Origin: Lama glama
Taxonomy: Eukaryota
NCBI GenBank assembly: GCA_028534125.1
Contig: CM052817.1
Location: 39,992,001-40,056,000, forward strand
DNA: 64,000 bases
Direction of reading: 5' to 3'
Part shown: positions 14,063 through 26,712 of the stretch, piece by piece
Numbering within the stretch: the stretch's first letter is position 1
Layout: each line of letters begins with the position of its first letter
Position numbers and translations under genes: made by a program
Notes under the pieces: generated by a model
Told to the model about the DNA's origin: nothing
What the model saw: the letters and a program-made list of their open reading frames with translations, nothing else
The model's database searches: none

Positions 14063-14559
14063 GTAAGTGCATTCGGTTGTTGCTCTCTCCAGCCTGCCGA
14101 CACCATAAAAATCGTTTGTGTGTCCTCTCACTGAGTTCCATGTTTTAGTCTAGAACTCGGGAGTCACAACCTGGAAGCCCAGGGGCGGGTTGTGCCTCTG
14201 GATGTGTTTCGTTTGTCCCGTGCCTAGTCACCCCTCTTGCTGCCTTAATTTTAGAATAGTAAGATTCATATAAAAATTAGATTCCAAAGAAAAATCTAGT
14301 GTTCCAATCTAGGTCTCCAAATTCTCTTGACAATTTGGGAAATCTGGAAAGAGGTGTCTTCATTCTCAGCTGGTGGAGGTGGGCTGCCGTGGTGTAGGAC
14401 CCGACCCCATTCAAAGTGACCTTCACTCTGCAGTTTGCCATATTTCCATCCACCAACCATTGTGGCTTTTTCTGTTTTGTGGGTTTTCCCCAAGCTATTT
14501 CACTCATTTATTTTACCAACCTGGCCTTGAGTTTTGGAGCCCTGGTCATATCAATCACC

Positions 14560-14697
14560 TTTTTTTTTTTTTAATTTTTTGCAGAGGGAAGTAATTAGGT
14601 TTACTTACTTACTTTTTTCGTGGCGGTACTGAGGATCAATCCCAGGACTTCACGCATGCTAGGAGAGCACTCTACCACTTGAGCTATACCCTCCCCC
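14560..14697 (-). mobile_element. tRNA-derived SINE in a PLAC8-like intron
   Basis: Poly-T, gtaattaggttt, cccaggact...catgctag...ctctaccacttgagctataccctccccc. Confidence 0.85.
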
Positions 14698-15200
14698 ACA
14701 TCACTTCTTTTTATATTTTTCATCTCTTTAGTATCCCCGTGGTCTTGACACGTTTCTCCAGTTTTCTCTTTGCCTTTTCTTTTCCTCCGGAGCTTTATCT
14801 GTGTTTCTGGCTTTCAGTTATGTTCTTGTGGCTCTTGTGGCTGTCCCATTTCGGGAAGCATTCAGGTTTCTAGCTTTCCTCTCTTAGAATTCTTTCACAT
14901 CACCAAAACATTCTTTTGTGTGAGACAATTTCCTTGTGTGAGGCAACTGCCCAATGAATTGCCAACATTCTCCCTGTGGATTGCCTCTGTATTGAGAAAC
15001 AGCCTCTTTTTTTGGATACGGTGGAAGTTTTCAGTTCCAATGAGATATAGCTTTTTGCTAAAACAATCAAAAACCAGGGGCTTTCTTATCTCATCTAGGG
15101 TACTGCCATATCAAAACTCCACCCCTGAACTTTTCAAACTAGACTTGTACTCAGAGCATGTTTGAGAACAGTTTCCTGTTTGCTGCTATTTTAAGGCCTT

Positions 15201-15202
<2 letters not shown>

Positions 15203-15234
<32 letters not shown>
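15203..15234. repeat. (GT)16 microsatellite in a PLAC8-like intron
   Basis: Read directly from the sequence. Confidence 0.95.
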
Positions 15235-15235
<1 letters not shown>

Positions 15236-15792
15236 TTATACAGACTCCTTCAGGTAAAATTTCAGTATGATTTTTAAGTTTTTGATGCCAGTATCCCTTA
15301 ATTTCTATTTGCTTCCATCCTCATAACAATAATAAGGCTCTCCTCTTTGGCAGAATGACCATCTAGAATCTACTTCCTACTGCTTTTCTCATGTTGGCCC
15401 TAAGTATTTCTTCACTCAGCACTTTCTGATCCTAAACACACTCCCACAGTTTTCAAAGGGTTCCTCAGACATCCTGATGCCACAACCTTCCCATGCAAAC
15501 ATGATCCAAAAGTAAACAGGAGCAGGGAAGAAAGATAATTTGCATGTGCTCAGATCCTCAAGGCAAGAGCTTTTGCAATTAAAACTGATCTGGTATATGA
15601 CAAGCCAATTTTCCCCACATCCTGGACTATAGGGTCTAGAAGCAAGACATAAAGAGCCAAGTGACCCCATTGTTTTTGCAGAGTGTCTGTGAAGGCCATT
15701 TCCTGAATGAGGATCTTTTTGAGAGTGCTATGATTAAGTCAAACCATGTTTCCCTTGACTAATTCCTCTATGTAATTTCACCCTGCACTCAG

Positions 15793-15917
15793 GCCTCTGT
15801 GGGACTCTTTTCCCCCTGTGCCTTTCATGTCAGATCGCCTCTGACATGAACGAATGCTGCCTGTGTGGAGCAAGCGTCGCCATGAGGACCATGTATCGGA
15901 CCCGATATGGCATCCCG
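15793..15917 (+). CDS. PLAC8: PLAC8-family second coding exon (C-LCGTLFPLCLSCQIASDMNECCLCGASVAMRTMYRTRYGIP)
   Basis: Acceptor ccctgcactcag ends at 15792, 125-nt exon, donor CCG|GTAGGT at 15918. Phase is compatible with the previous exon. Closely matches the PLAC8 core as recalled (DMNECCLCGTSVAMRTLYRTRYGIP). Confidence 0.95.
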
Positions 15918-18900
15918 GTAGGTCACTCGTGTCCACTGTGAAGTGGGAGCCCAGACGGCCCGAGGCCCTTCTTTCAGTCTGACTGGGCCTCCGTTTTTGC
16001 CCTCCTCACCGTCATGGCTTGACTCTAGTCTTTTTTCCACTACCGTCTAAAATATTTTAAGTGACTTACAGAGGCCATGCGGCTATCTATACTTTGGAAT
16101 ATATTCCTAATAAAATCTTTTATTGACCCAATAGATGTGTCTCTGGAAAAGTTGCTGGAGGTGAGCAGGTGAGGGGCAGAGATCAGCGTGAAGTCCTTAG
16201 TCTCTCCTGGCTTTACTCAGAGTCAGAGCGAGGACCCTGCAAATCTGCAAAGTGGGTGACAGTTGCCAAGGAGGCCTTGGGTTAACAATGGGTGTGTAGT
16301 GGATGCCCTCCAAGCTGGCACATTCGCCTCATTGGTAGCCCATAAGCCAGTGCTCATCCATTCAAAAGAGAGTATTGAGCACCAAGAACCTTGTTAGGTC
16401 TTAGGCTGACACTCACTCATTCAACAGGGATTTATTGAGTACATAGAACAGGCCAGGTACTATTGCGGTTGCCAGAGACACGTCAGTGAAAAAGAAAATC
16501 AAAATCCTTGTCTTTAAGGAGTTTACGATCTGTTTTGTGGGGGGAGGATTTTTATTTTAACGTAATTTCAGATTTAAAGAAAAGTTGCAAAAATGGTACA
16601 AAATCTTCCTGAATACCTTTCACCTGGATTCCCCAAACATTAAAAATTTGCCACATTTTCTTTATTTTCTCTCTTTCCTCTGTGTGTCTATGTACCTATT
16701 CTAATTTTTTCTGAATCATTTGAGAGCAAATTATAAACTTGATGCCGTTATCTCTATTTCAGTGTATATTTCTTAAAAACAAGGATAATCTCTTACATTA
16801 TCACAAAACAATTATCAAAACCAGAAATTTAATATCAATATAGTACTACTAGCTAATCTATGGGTGTTATTTAAACTTTATCAATTATCCCAATAATATT
16901 CTTTAGGTGAAAAGGAAGTCAATCTGGAATCACGCATTGTGTTCACTTGTCATGCCTCTTTCTACGACGGGAGAGAGTTTCTCGGTCTTTCTTTGTCACA
17001 GATCAGCTATTTTGTAGACTACTCCTCAATTTGCCTTGTCAAATGTGTCCTCATGATTAGACTTAGGTTACACATTTTTGGCAGAAACTCCACAAAAGCG
17101 ATGTTGTGTTTGCCATACATCACATCAGGAAGCACATGATATCATGTGCTCCACTATGGGTGATGTTAACTTGGATTCCTTGTTTAAGATAGTGTCTGCC
17201 AGGACTCTCCACTACAAAGTTGCTATTTCCTCTCCATAATGGATAAGGATCCTGCAGAAAGATGTAAATATCCTGTCCCTTCACCCACTGGCTCTAACAC
17301 CCTCTGAGGATTCTTGCCTGAATCAATTATTATGATGATGGCGGTCAGCGATAGAGCGCACACGTTCATGGGAGAAGACAGCTGCAGTGTAACTAAGTGG
17401 AGTATACAGGATGCTGATAAGTGCTGCAGAGGAAAATACAGCAAGGAAGAAGAATAGAGGGCTGAAGGGCTGTGATTTTACATAGACCTAAGTAAAGATC
17501 TGAAAGGATGAGAGGATGACTCATCTCAGGAGAGTCCAGGCAGAGGAGAGAGCCAGAGCCAAGGCCCTGATGCAGAGCTTACTGGAATGTTCCAGACCCA
17601 GCAGGCAGCCAGAAAGGTGGAAATAGAGTGTGTGCACACAGGTGTGCGTGTGTGGTTGGGGGAGGGGGATATTAGAAGAAGATAATGTCAGAGCATTAGC
17701 AAGAGTTAAGACCTTCTAGGGCATTGCAGACCATAATAAGAACTTCAGTTTTTACTCTGAGTGAGCAGGGAAGCCGCTGGAATGTTTTTAAACAAAGAAA
17801 GGATATGATGGATTTGTATTCCTGGAAACTTAGCCTCTGCCCCATGCGTTGTGACCAAGAGCAAGTGATTAATCTTCCTAAGCCTTGGTTCCCTCACTGA
17901 TAAAATGGTAATAATGCTGCCTCTCCCATGGTGGTGTGGTAAGGGTCACATGAGGAAATATGTGGAAAGGACTTAGCCCAGGGCCTAGCAGGCAGTAAGT
18001 GCTCAGTAAGTGACTATGTTTTTGTTCTTGTCTCAGCTGTTTTCTCAGGCAGGCTTCCTTCCTCCTGTGGGTTCGCTCAGCCGCCTCTCTCAGCACTGCT
18101 GGCCACTCTCATTTATGCCACTCCCAAGGCAGCATAACTCAGCACAGGGGTTCTTTGTGACTGGACCATAAACTCCTCAAACTCTATGCAAAGTTTCAGG
18201 TGTATGGAGTTATGTGTATGGGTGTGTGGGTGAGGTTCCCGAGGTGGTCTGTAATGGCACAGAGGAAGGGGCACTCAGCTGGATTCTGGAGCTGAGAGTT
18301 CTGTGCACAGCTCAGCAAAGAGCTAACTTCTAAGACTCTCCGATAAGTCATTGGGCGGCTTCAGTCTTCTCATCTGCATGAGGAAGTTGCGCAGTACGAT
18401 TTCTAAGGTCACTTCTAGGTCTAAGTTTCTATGATATAATCAGTCTCCTTGGCATACTTTAAATAAGTGTATTTATAGACTGTGTATCTCTGTTCTTCCT
18501 CCTTAGAACAAACCTGGAAAATGGCTAGTAAATCCTAGGGCTGATTTGTATAATTCAGGCTCTCTGCTTTGTTTCCCCTTTCCATCTATGCAAACTTTTA
18601 TAGCACTGCCCCAACCTAGCCTCTCTGACCTGCCCCTCCCTTCATGGACACAGGCAAGAAACATCCTTTTGCCAGGACCCCAGTCTCTGCAGGAGAGAAG
18701 GAGAAAGAAAATGAACCACCACTTGATTGACTCCTATGTGCTGAGACATTATCTGGACACATATTTGCTCATTCATTACTTACAAACTCTGTGTTTCAGG
18801 GACTATTACCAGCACTTTATAGATATGAAAACTAGGAATGAGAAAGCTAAAGATCACAGAAATCTAAATGCTGAAATTTGGGCTCAAGTTTATTCTGACT

Positions 18901-20092
18901 CCCAAGGTCTGGTTTTTCCCACTGGACCACCTTGCCTTCCCATTGATGTGTATTCAGCCACGTACCACAACTCATTGGCTTATTTGCTCAATGATTCTGT
19001 AAATGGTGCTCACAACAAGGTTGCTTTTTTAACAGCTTCCAAGCAAGTAAAGCACTGTTCCCCTTTACCAAACAGAATCGTGACAGCAGAATCTTTGTTC
19101 CTGGCACCCGTTCCCTGGGAAGATGCTCTGGTCAAGGTGTTTATGACCCTTATTAACTTCAGCATGGTATAAACCTATAGTTCACTTCCTCTTACTTTGA
19201 AAAAAAGAATGCTTTTTCTTCTCTGTGGCCTCTGTATTATGAAAGACTTTAGAGAGTGTTTTCTAAAAGTTCCCCTAGGTTTCTCAGAAAATAATAGTGG
19301 ACTTTTCCCCTCTAAAAGCTGCCCATGGTAAAAGACAGACATAGGCATGCTGGAACAGTAAAGTAATTACATCTTTGTTGAATGAGAATATCTTCTTCTT
19401 TGTAGCATATTTTATGTGTGCAATCAATGTTGGTTTAATGAAGGTTTAGAGATTAAAAGAATAAAAAATAATGAACTAAAGAATGGACAAAAGGTACTAT
19501 GAAGAAAGGATTTGGATGATTTATCATGGAAAAAGAGAAGGCCAAGAGACTGAACTGTTTTCAAGCAGAATATCTGTTCCTCCATCTGTTGAGATGAGGG
19601 TCATAACATCAGAAAAATGTTTACACTGTTACCTAGTTGTCCACTCTTTGTGCACATGCTTCCTCTGTTAGATGAGACTCAAAATCACTGTCACAAGGGA
19701 AAAAATGTTTATGAAAAATAAATCATTCGTAGTCTCACTGTTTAAGAGCTCCTAATCCTTATAAACTAAGTCTGCTATAGATCTCTCTCTTTCCCACTCT
19801 CTTTCTTTCTGCTCGCATTGCACATTGGAAATTGTATTAAACTCAACATTGTAAAAAATAAGTGTAATCCAAAAATGGAGCCCAAACTGATTTCAGTCAG
19901 TCAAGACACATGGTCATAGAACCCGACTGTCAGATTGGACTCCCCCGGATCACCCAGAGAGATGTCAGTGAAAATGGCTAGAGGGCTACAAGGTGAGGCC
20001 TGGTCTGGCACTATGCTCACAACCAACTGGAAAAATTGATGCATTACACAACTGGCTTTAAAGGGAACCATCTCACCTCAATATAAATAAAT

Positions 20093-20141
20093 GCATGCAT
20101 ACATACATACATAACATACATACATAACATACATACATACA
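20093..20141. repeat. Imperfect (CATA)n tetranucleotide repeat
   Basis: Read directly from the sequence. Confidence 0.85.
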
Positions 20142-20537
20142 AGGATTTTTTTCTTTTAAAAAAGGGAACCATTCCACTTCAATAAAAATTAATTAATTAA
20201 TTGATTTAAAGTTTAAAAATATTCCAGAACAGATGCTAGAGAACTGGGCCTGGAATTGTAAACTGCAGATCATTTGAAAAGGTCTATGTTATGAAAAGAG
20301 CACTGGCTTGAGGAGAGAAAGACTAATCTCTGCCACCAATTTGTTGTGTAATCTTAGCAGGTCAGTTAGCTTCGCTTGGTCCTCAGAAGAATAGGGATAA
20401 GAGCACAGAATTCTCATGATAAACAAGTGACAGAAAATGTATGTTTTAAAGAGGCTGGAAAAGCTATATGAATGCAAGGAACTGTGTGGCCATATTAATA
20501 GGCTACATATTGATCCATTTATTTGTTTTTTTAACAG

Positions 20538-20642
20538 GGATCTATTTGTGATGATTTCCTATGTATGACGTTTTGCACTCATTGTGCCCTTTGTCAACTC
20601 AAGCGAGATATTGAAAAAAGAAAAGCAATAAATGCTTTATAA
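20538..20642 (+). CDS. PLAC8: PLAC8-family last coding exon (GSICDDFLCMTFCTHCALCQLKRDIEKRKAINAL*); exon continues to 20652
   Basis: Acceptor ttgtttttttaacag ends at 20537 (phase 0), GSICDD...CxLCQxKRDI motif, TAA at 20640-20642, then donor TTG|GTAAGT at 20653. Confidence 0.95.
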   Translation, partial: GSICDDFLCMTFCTHCALCQLKRDIEKRKAINAL

Positions 20643-22346
20643 AAGGTGCTTGGTAAGTTGGTGAGAATTCTTTGATTTATGAGGATCAAAACAAATTCTC
20701 AAAGACATCTCTGATTTCCTTGGTACCCTCACAGACACATGAGCTATCCCTTAACAAATGGAGGGTAAATGGCTTTAAATGGCCAGTCTACACCAGTCAG
20801 TTGGGAGTTAGCTTTCCAGAACCTGGGTGGAGCGGGCTGAACCTGTTTGGATAAGAAGGAATTCTGTGATTTGTTAAGATGTCTGCCACGGGTGGAGTGG
20901 CCATGTGATGTACCAGATAAACATGCCACACGTCTTCCACACTTATCTTAACTACACCCTGATTTAAGGTGGTGGAGGTATGTGTATGACAAAACATTCA
21001 TTTCCCGAAGCCTAGATATCAGGTCCACTGCTACCAACAGTTACCTACTGAGATGTCATGCTAAGTGTGACTGTGTAACGTATCTAGTTACAGGTTCTTG
21101 TCAACACCACAATATTAAAATAATAATTCATTCTCCAAAGTGGTGGAAAGCTGTGTTAGTCTCTGTAAGTTAAGTGTGGCCAGTTTACCCAGTTATCCAA
21201 AATGCCCAAAGCTCCCATTTAGGAAGAAGAGTACCGATTTTTTGGTGGTGGTATCACCAAAGTTGGGCAGCTACTCATTTGCCTCGTTTCCTAAGTCCTC
21301 CTGTCACGTATTTAATCTTCTCAGTTCTTCCTGTTTTTCTTAAGGCAATGGCTTATCAGTCCTGTCTTTCCATCTCTTACTGTCAGTCTCATGGAATTTG
21401 TAATCAAAGTTTCATTTTCACCTGGAAATGGCTCTTCTCTGTGAAGTCCATCTCCCAAGAGGCCTTTGAGAGTGTTTGATCAGGACGGCACATCCATCTG
21501 CATGACTGGCTGACGCTGGCACAGTCTCTGTCTCTCTTAGCTATTTTGCCACATGCGGCACAAAATAATGTCCTCTTCATGAACATTTTAGTTCGTGTCA
21601 TTTAATTTTAGTACCATTTTAATATCCAGGTATTAGTCTTCTGATTGCTTTCCTCAGTGACGGAAGTGCTTTACTCATTTTCAAGCAGAGTCAAGATGGT
21701 GAGCCTTCTTATTCTTTTTTCCTCCTTGTATCCTACCTCCTGAGAATCGGTTGTTGTTTCTCTTCCCAAGCAGTAATGTTTCTTTAAAGCCTTATGTTAC
21801 CAGTGTGACTCAGAATTGGATGCCCAAGTAGACCTGAGGGAATTGGAAGGTGGCAGTTTACTGGTCTAGTCATCCAGCCAATGAAAAAGATTGTTTTGGG
21901 GTCTCTGCCTTTTGGAGTCTCTTACCTTAGCATGTTTGATGATTCATTGACATTTGGTAAGGGAAGTTAGCTCTGGCAATCTACAGAGCATTCTGTTGGT
22001 TTACCCAACCACCTAACAGCAGTGCCTGCCACATAGTAGGCACTTAATAAATATTGTGGGTAAATAAATGAACCCAACTTTCAAGCAAGGAATCATAATG
22101 AGACTCTAACCTGGGGACTCATCTGAATCTTAACTAGTGGTCATGACCCTTCCAAATAGATAGTAGTGAATCAGGGGCCATTATTTGATATAGATTTTAA
22201 ATATGTAGCAATTTGGTGCTAGGGTAGCAGGAAATGAAGTTTTAATATTTGGAACAAGATAATATAAAGAAAGATGGAATGATAAGTCTTAATTCATTCA
22301 TTTATTTATTCTTTCTTTTCTTTTCTTTTTTTCCTTACCTCTACAG

Positions 22347-22560
22347 GCCAAATTCACGTTGTGGTAAAAGAAAACACTGGAATGAAATCCTGCATCGATT
22401 CAGTGCTATCTCATTTCGAGTCTTAGAAATTAATTCAACTAATCATACAGTTTCAAATGGCTTCAAAACATTTTTAATTTCTGGTTTATTTTGAAAGAAA
22501 TGTATTTCCAATACGGTTTTCCAAGATGATTGCCATTAAAAAATTAATTTTGTCAACAAT
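22347..22560 (+). other. Predicted non-coding terminal (3'UTR) exon of the PLAC8-like gene
   Basis: Long polypyrimidine tract ending ctacag at 22346, ATTAAA at 22535-22540, GT-rich element at ~22561. An alternative AATAAA lies at 22717. Confidence 0.65.
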
Positions 22561-23760
22561 TTGTGTGTCTTTAAATATTGCTTCATGGAAAATTACAATA
22601 TGCTTTGTTTTTTTAAAATGAACCCAAGGGTTGTCAAAATGTAAAAGTTGAATAATGGGTACATAGAAAGTCTTTATTCTACTTTTCCACCTTTACATAA
22701 GTTTGAAAATATCCAGAATAAATTTTTAAATATTGTTCAAGTAAAAGGCTTTTATTATTTTAGATTTTCCCTCCACTGGGAGACCAGATATTACCCTGTG
22801 TGGTCCCCTCACCCCAGGCAAGTACGATTTCCTCCCTTAGGGAGCCTGAAGGGCCGTTAGCACTTCTTTACAGCACCATAGAGTAACTCCACTCCAAAGA
22901 CACAAAAGGGAGGATTTCTGTCATCAGTCACACAGCAAACCACCTAATTAAAATTTCCATTGGACAACTCTCTTCTCCCCAAAGTCATCTTCTGCAGCAA
23001 GACAGCCACATACCTTTCTTTTCTCCTTTTTTCCCTGGTTAAGGTGACATTTTTCTAATTGAGATATAGCTGACATATAACATTGCATTAGTTTCAGGTG
23101 CACAACATAATGATTTGATAGACTTATATATTGCAAAACGATCACCACAATAATTGTAGTTAACATCCATCACTGCACAGTTACAAGCTTTTTTTTCCCC
23201 CTTACAATGAGAATTTTTAAGGTGTAGTCTGTTAGAAACTTTCAAATCTGCAATACAGAAAAGTTAAATGACATTTACAAGGTCACCAGTGTACACCAAT
23301 GTATACAGAATGGCAGTGCTGGGTCTAGAAAGCGGGTCTTTGAGTTCTATGTCACTGTTCATGGCAGTACACAGGAGTGTTTTTTATTTTAATTGTATTT
23401 TATTTTTCTTGTAAAAAGTAACCCTAGGGGAATGAAATTCAAGAGTGGGAGAAAGACTGTTCCACTCCATTCCCTTTTTCATTATTTTAGTTTTTTAATG
23501 TGAACTGTGCATGTAATAAAAAAGTTTAAAGACAAAAAAAAAATAACCCTAGTGTTTAGGCTGTCAAGGATTGTTCTTATAAATTTATAGACTATTCTAT
23601 CGTTTATCTTCCTAACAGTCTTCATATTCTATTTTTGGTTTGTTTGTTTAACATCTGCTTTGTCAGATAAGCATCATGAAAGCAGGGACAGATCATATAC
23701 GTTCCAATTTCCTTTTTACTCCCCCAGCACATGGAAAGTATTGTGGTCAAGAAGTCAGTA

Positions 23761-24970
23761 AGACTTGAACATAAGACAAGATACAATAAACCTCCTAGAG
23801 GAAAATATAGGCAAAACATTATCTGACATACATCTCAAAAATGTTCTCCTAGAACAGTCTACTCAAGCAATAGAAATAAAAGTGAGAATAAACAAATGGG
23901 ATCTAATGATACTTACAAGCTTCTGCACAGCAAAGGAAACCATAAGTAAAACAAAAAGACAACCTACAGAATGGGAAAAAATTTTTGCAAATGAAACCGA
24001 CAAAGGCTTGATCTCCAGAATACATAAGCAGCTCATACAACTCAATAAAAAAAAAAAACAACCCAATACAAAAATGAGCAGAAGACCTAAACGAGCAATT
24101 ATCCAAGGAAGACATACAAATGATCAATAGGCACATGAAAAAATGCTCAGTATCACTAATTATCAGAGAAATGCCAATCAAAACTACAATGAGGTATCAC
24201 CTCACACTAGTCAGAATGGCCATAATTCAAAAGTCCACAAATGACAAATGCTGGAGACGTTGTGGAGAAAAGGGAACCCTTCTTCACTGCTGGTGGAAAA
24301 CAATATGGAGATTCCTCAAAAGACTAGGAATAGACTTACCGTATGACCCAGGAATCCCACTCCTGGGCATGTATCCAGAAGGAACCCTACTTCAGGATGA
24401 CACCTGCACCCCAATGTTCATAGCAGCACTATTTACAATAACCAAGACATGGAGACAGCCCAAATGTCCATCAACGGATGACTGGATAAAGAAGATGTGG
24501 TATATTTATGCAATGGAATACTACTCAGCCATAAAAACCGACAACATAACACCATTTGCAGCAACATGGATGTTCCTGGAGAATGTCATTCTAAGTGAAG
24601 TAAGCCAGAAAGAGAAAGAAAAATACCATATGAGATCGTTCATATGTGGAATCTAAAACAAACAAACAAACAAACAAAGCATAAATACAAAACAGAAATA
24701 GACTCATAGACACAGAATACAAAATTGTGGTTGCCAAGGGGGCAGGGGGTGGGAAGAGATAGACTGGGATTTCAAAATTGTAGAATAGATAAACAAGATT
24801 ATACTGTATAGCACAGGGAAATATACATAAGATCTTAAGTAGCTCACAGAGAAAAAAATGTGACAATGAATATATATATGTTCATAAATAACTGAAAAAT
24901 TGTGCTCTACCCTGGAATTTGACACAACATTGTAAAATGATTATAAATCAATAAAAAATGTTAGAAAAAA
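23761..24970 (+). mobile_element. 5'-truncated young LINE-1 (ORF2 C-terminus + 3'UTR), same family as the full-length copy
   Basis: Closely similar to 54306-54826 and 55346-55520; TSD aagaagtcagta at 23749-23760 and 24971-24982. Confidence 0.95.
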
Positions 24971-25533
24971 AAGAAGTCAGTAGATTAGGTTCAAAGATAG
25001 AAAAAGTGGCAATGCTAGTCATCAGATAAGGCATTTGGGCAAGATGAAACTCTTTGGGGGTCTTTTTTCTTAGTCATGGGGTGATAGGATGATGTTGTGC
25101 ATACTATTTTATAAATTATTTGTTCTGTTTTATGGCTTAACCACAAATTATGAATGACTTCCCATATTAATAAGTACATATAAATAACATCAAAATATGC
25201 AACACAGTGTTATTAACTATAGCCATCATGCTGTATGTTACATCTACATGACTTATTCATTTTATAACTGAAAGTTTGTACCTTTGACCACCTTCATTCA
25301 TTTTGCCCACCTCCCACCTCAGACAACCACCAGTCTGCTCTCTGTATTTATGATTTTGGGTATTTGCTTTTGTTTTTGTTTTCTGGTTTTTGTTTGTTTT
25401 TTTTTTTAGATTCTACATATAAGTGAGATCATATGTTATTTGTCTTTCTCTATCTGACTTATTTCACTAAGCATAACACACTTGAGCTCCATCCATGGCA
25501 GAACTTCCTTCTTTTTATGGCTGAATAATATTC

Positions 25534-25535
<2 letters not shown>

Positions 25536-25585
<50 letters not shown>
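25536..25585. repeat. (GT)~25 microsatellite within an old minus-strand L1 3' fragment (~25200-25710)
   Basis: Read directly from the sequence. Confidence 0.95.
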
Positions 25586-25588
<3 letters not shown>

Positions 25589-26211
25589 GATATAAATGCA
25601 TAATATACATATATATCTCACATTGTCTTTATCCATTCCTCTGTCAGTGGACACTTAGGTTGTTTCCATGCCTTGTGAATAGTGCTGCAGTGAATCTGGT
25701 GGTGCAGTCCACATATATTTCTTATGCAGAGCAATTTAGTTCTATCTCAGCTTTCTAGTCCTAGGAACCACAGGCCCAAAGATGCAGGATGGGGGTGGAA
25801 TTCTGCTGTTAATCAAAATAATGTGTTTTGCATGTAACTTGTTAAAAATTACTTAAACGATACATTAAGTAAAAAGGCTTTTTTTTTAAAGCTTGGATGT
25901 AGCTGAGAATAGTTATTACTAGTCTCCTTCTCCCACTCTTGATATCATGCTTTATCCTGTGCATTCCAAAGGCCTAAGGCTCCCTCATGGCAGGACACTT
26001 TTCTTAATTAAATAAAAAACCTCCTCTTTAAACACTATTGCATGCTAGTCATAAACTTCTAGAGCCAAGAAAAAGCAACTCTCAGAGGAAGCTGGCGCAG
26101 GGGCAGGGGAGGGGGCACATAGAAGCAATTGACAACGAACAGCAGGAGAGAATTCATCTCACTTTTCCAGAGTATAGAATGATTATCCCTGCATTCCACC
26201 TCCCACAGATG

Positions 26212-26712
26212 CTGTATCGGAGTTATCATTGCTGCTTCGTGACTTAAACAACAGCAGTCATTTCTGCTGCTCAAGAGTCTATAATTTGGGCCAGATATTC
26301 TGTCTCTGCTCATGCAGTGGGAACTGGGGTAGCTCAACTGAGCTGGAGGCTAGTTGGTGCTGCTTCTTGGCTGTTGTTGTAGCCGTGGCTTGAGCCTGAG
26401 GGCCTGGGTTCCTCTTCACATCGGCCACGAACCAGCTGCTTGGACTGGCTCACAGTATGGCTGCTGAGATGCTTGTCCAGGGCAATATGGACAAGCAATA
26501 TGGAAGCGCATGACATTTTTATGATCTAGCTTCAGGAATCACATAGCATCACCTCTGCTGAACTCTCTTGGTTGAGGCAGTGACATAGGTCCACCCAAGT
26601 TCAAGAGAGACGGGGCATAGACTAACTCTTAATGGAGGATGGCAAGGTGCTTGAAGAGTATAAGGGACGGAGATACTGTTGCACCCCTCTTTGGAAAATA
26701 CAGTCTATCACA
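26212..26712. mobile_element. MaLR (MLT1-like) LTR relic; another lies at ~38071-38620
   Basis: tgtat... start, cttaaacaaca motif, cacatagcatcac ... ccacccaagttcaag blocks present in both copies. Confidence 0.65.

Noticed and set aside
13855..14148. 97-aa ORF as a single-exon gene
   Set aside because: Only 13966-14062 is PLAC8-like; the rest is read-through across the splice sites.
18546..19172. 208-aa ORF in a PLAC8-like intron
   Set aside because: Non-ATG start, overlaps a MIR-like relic (~18715-18930), and has no recognisable domain.
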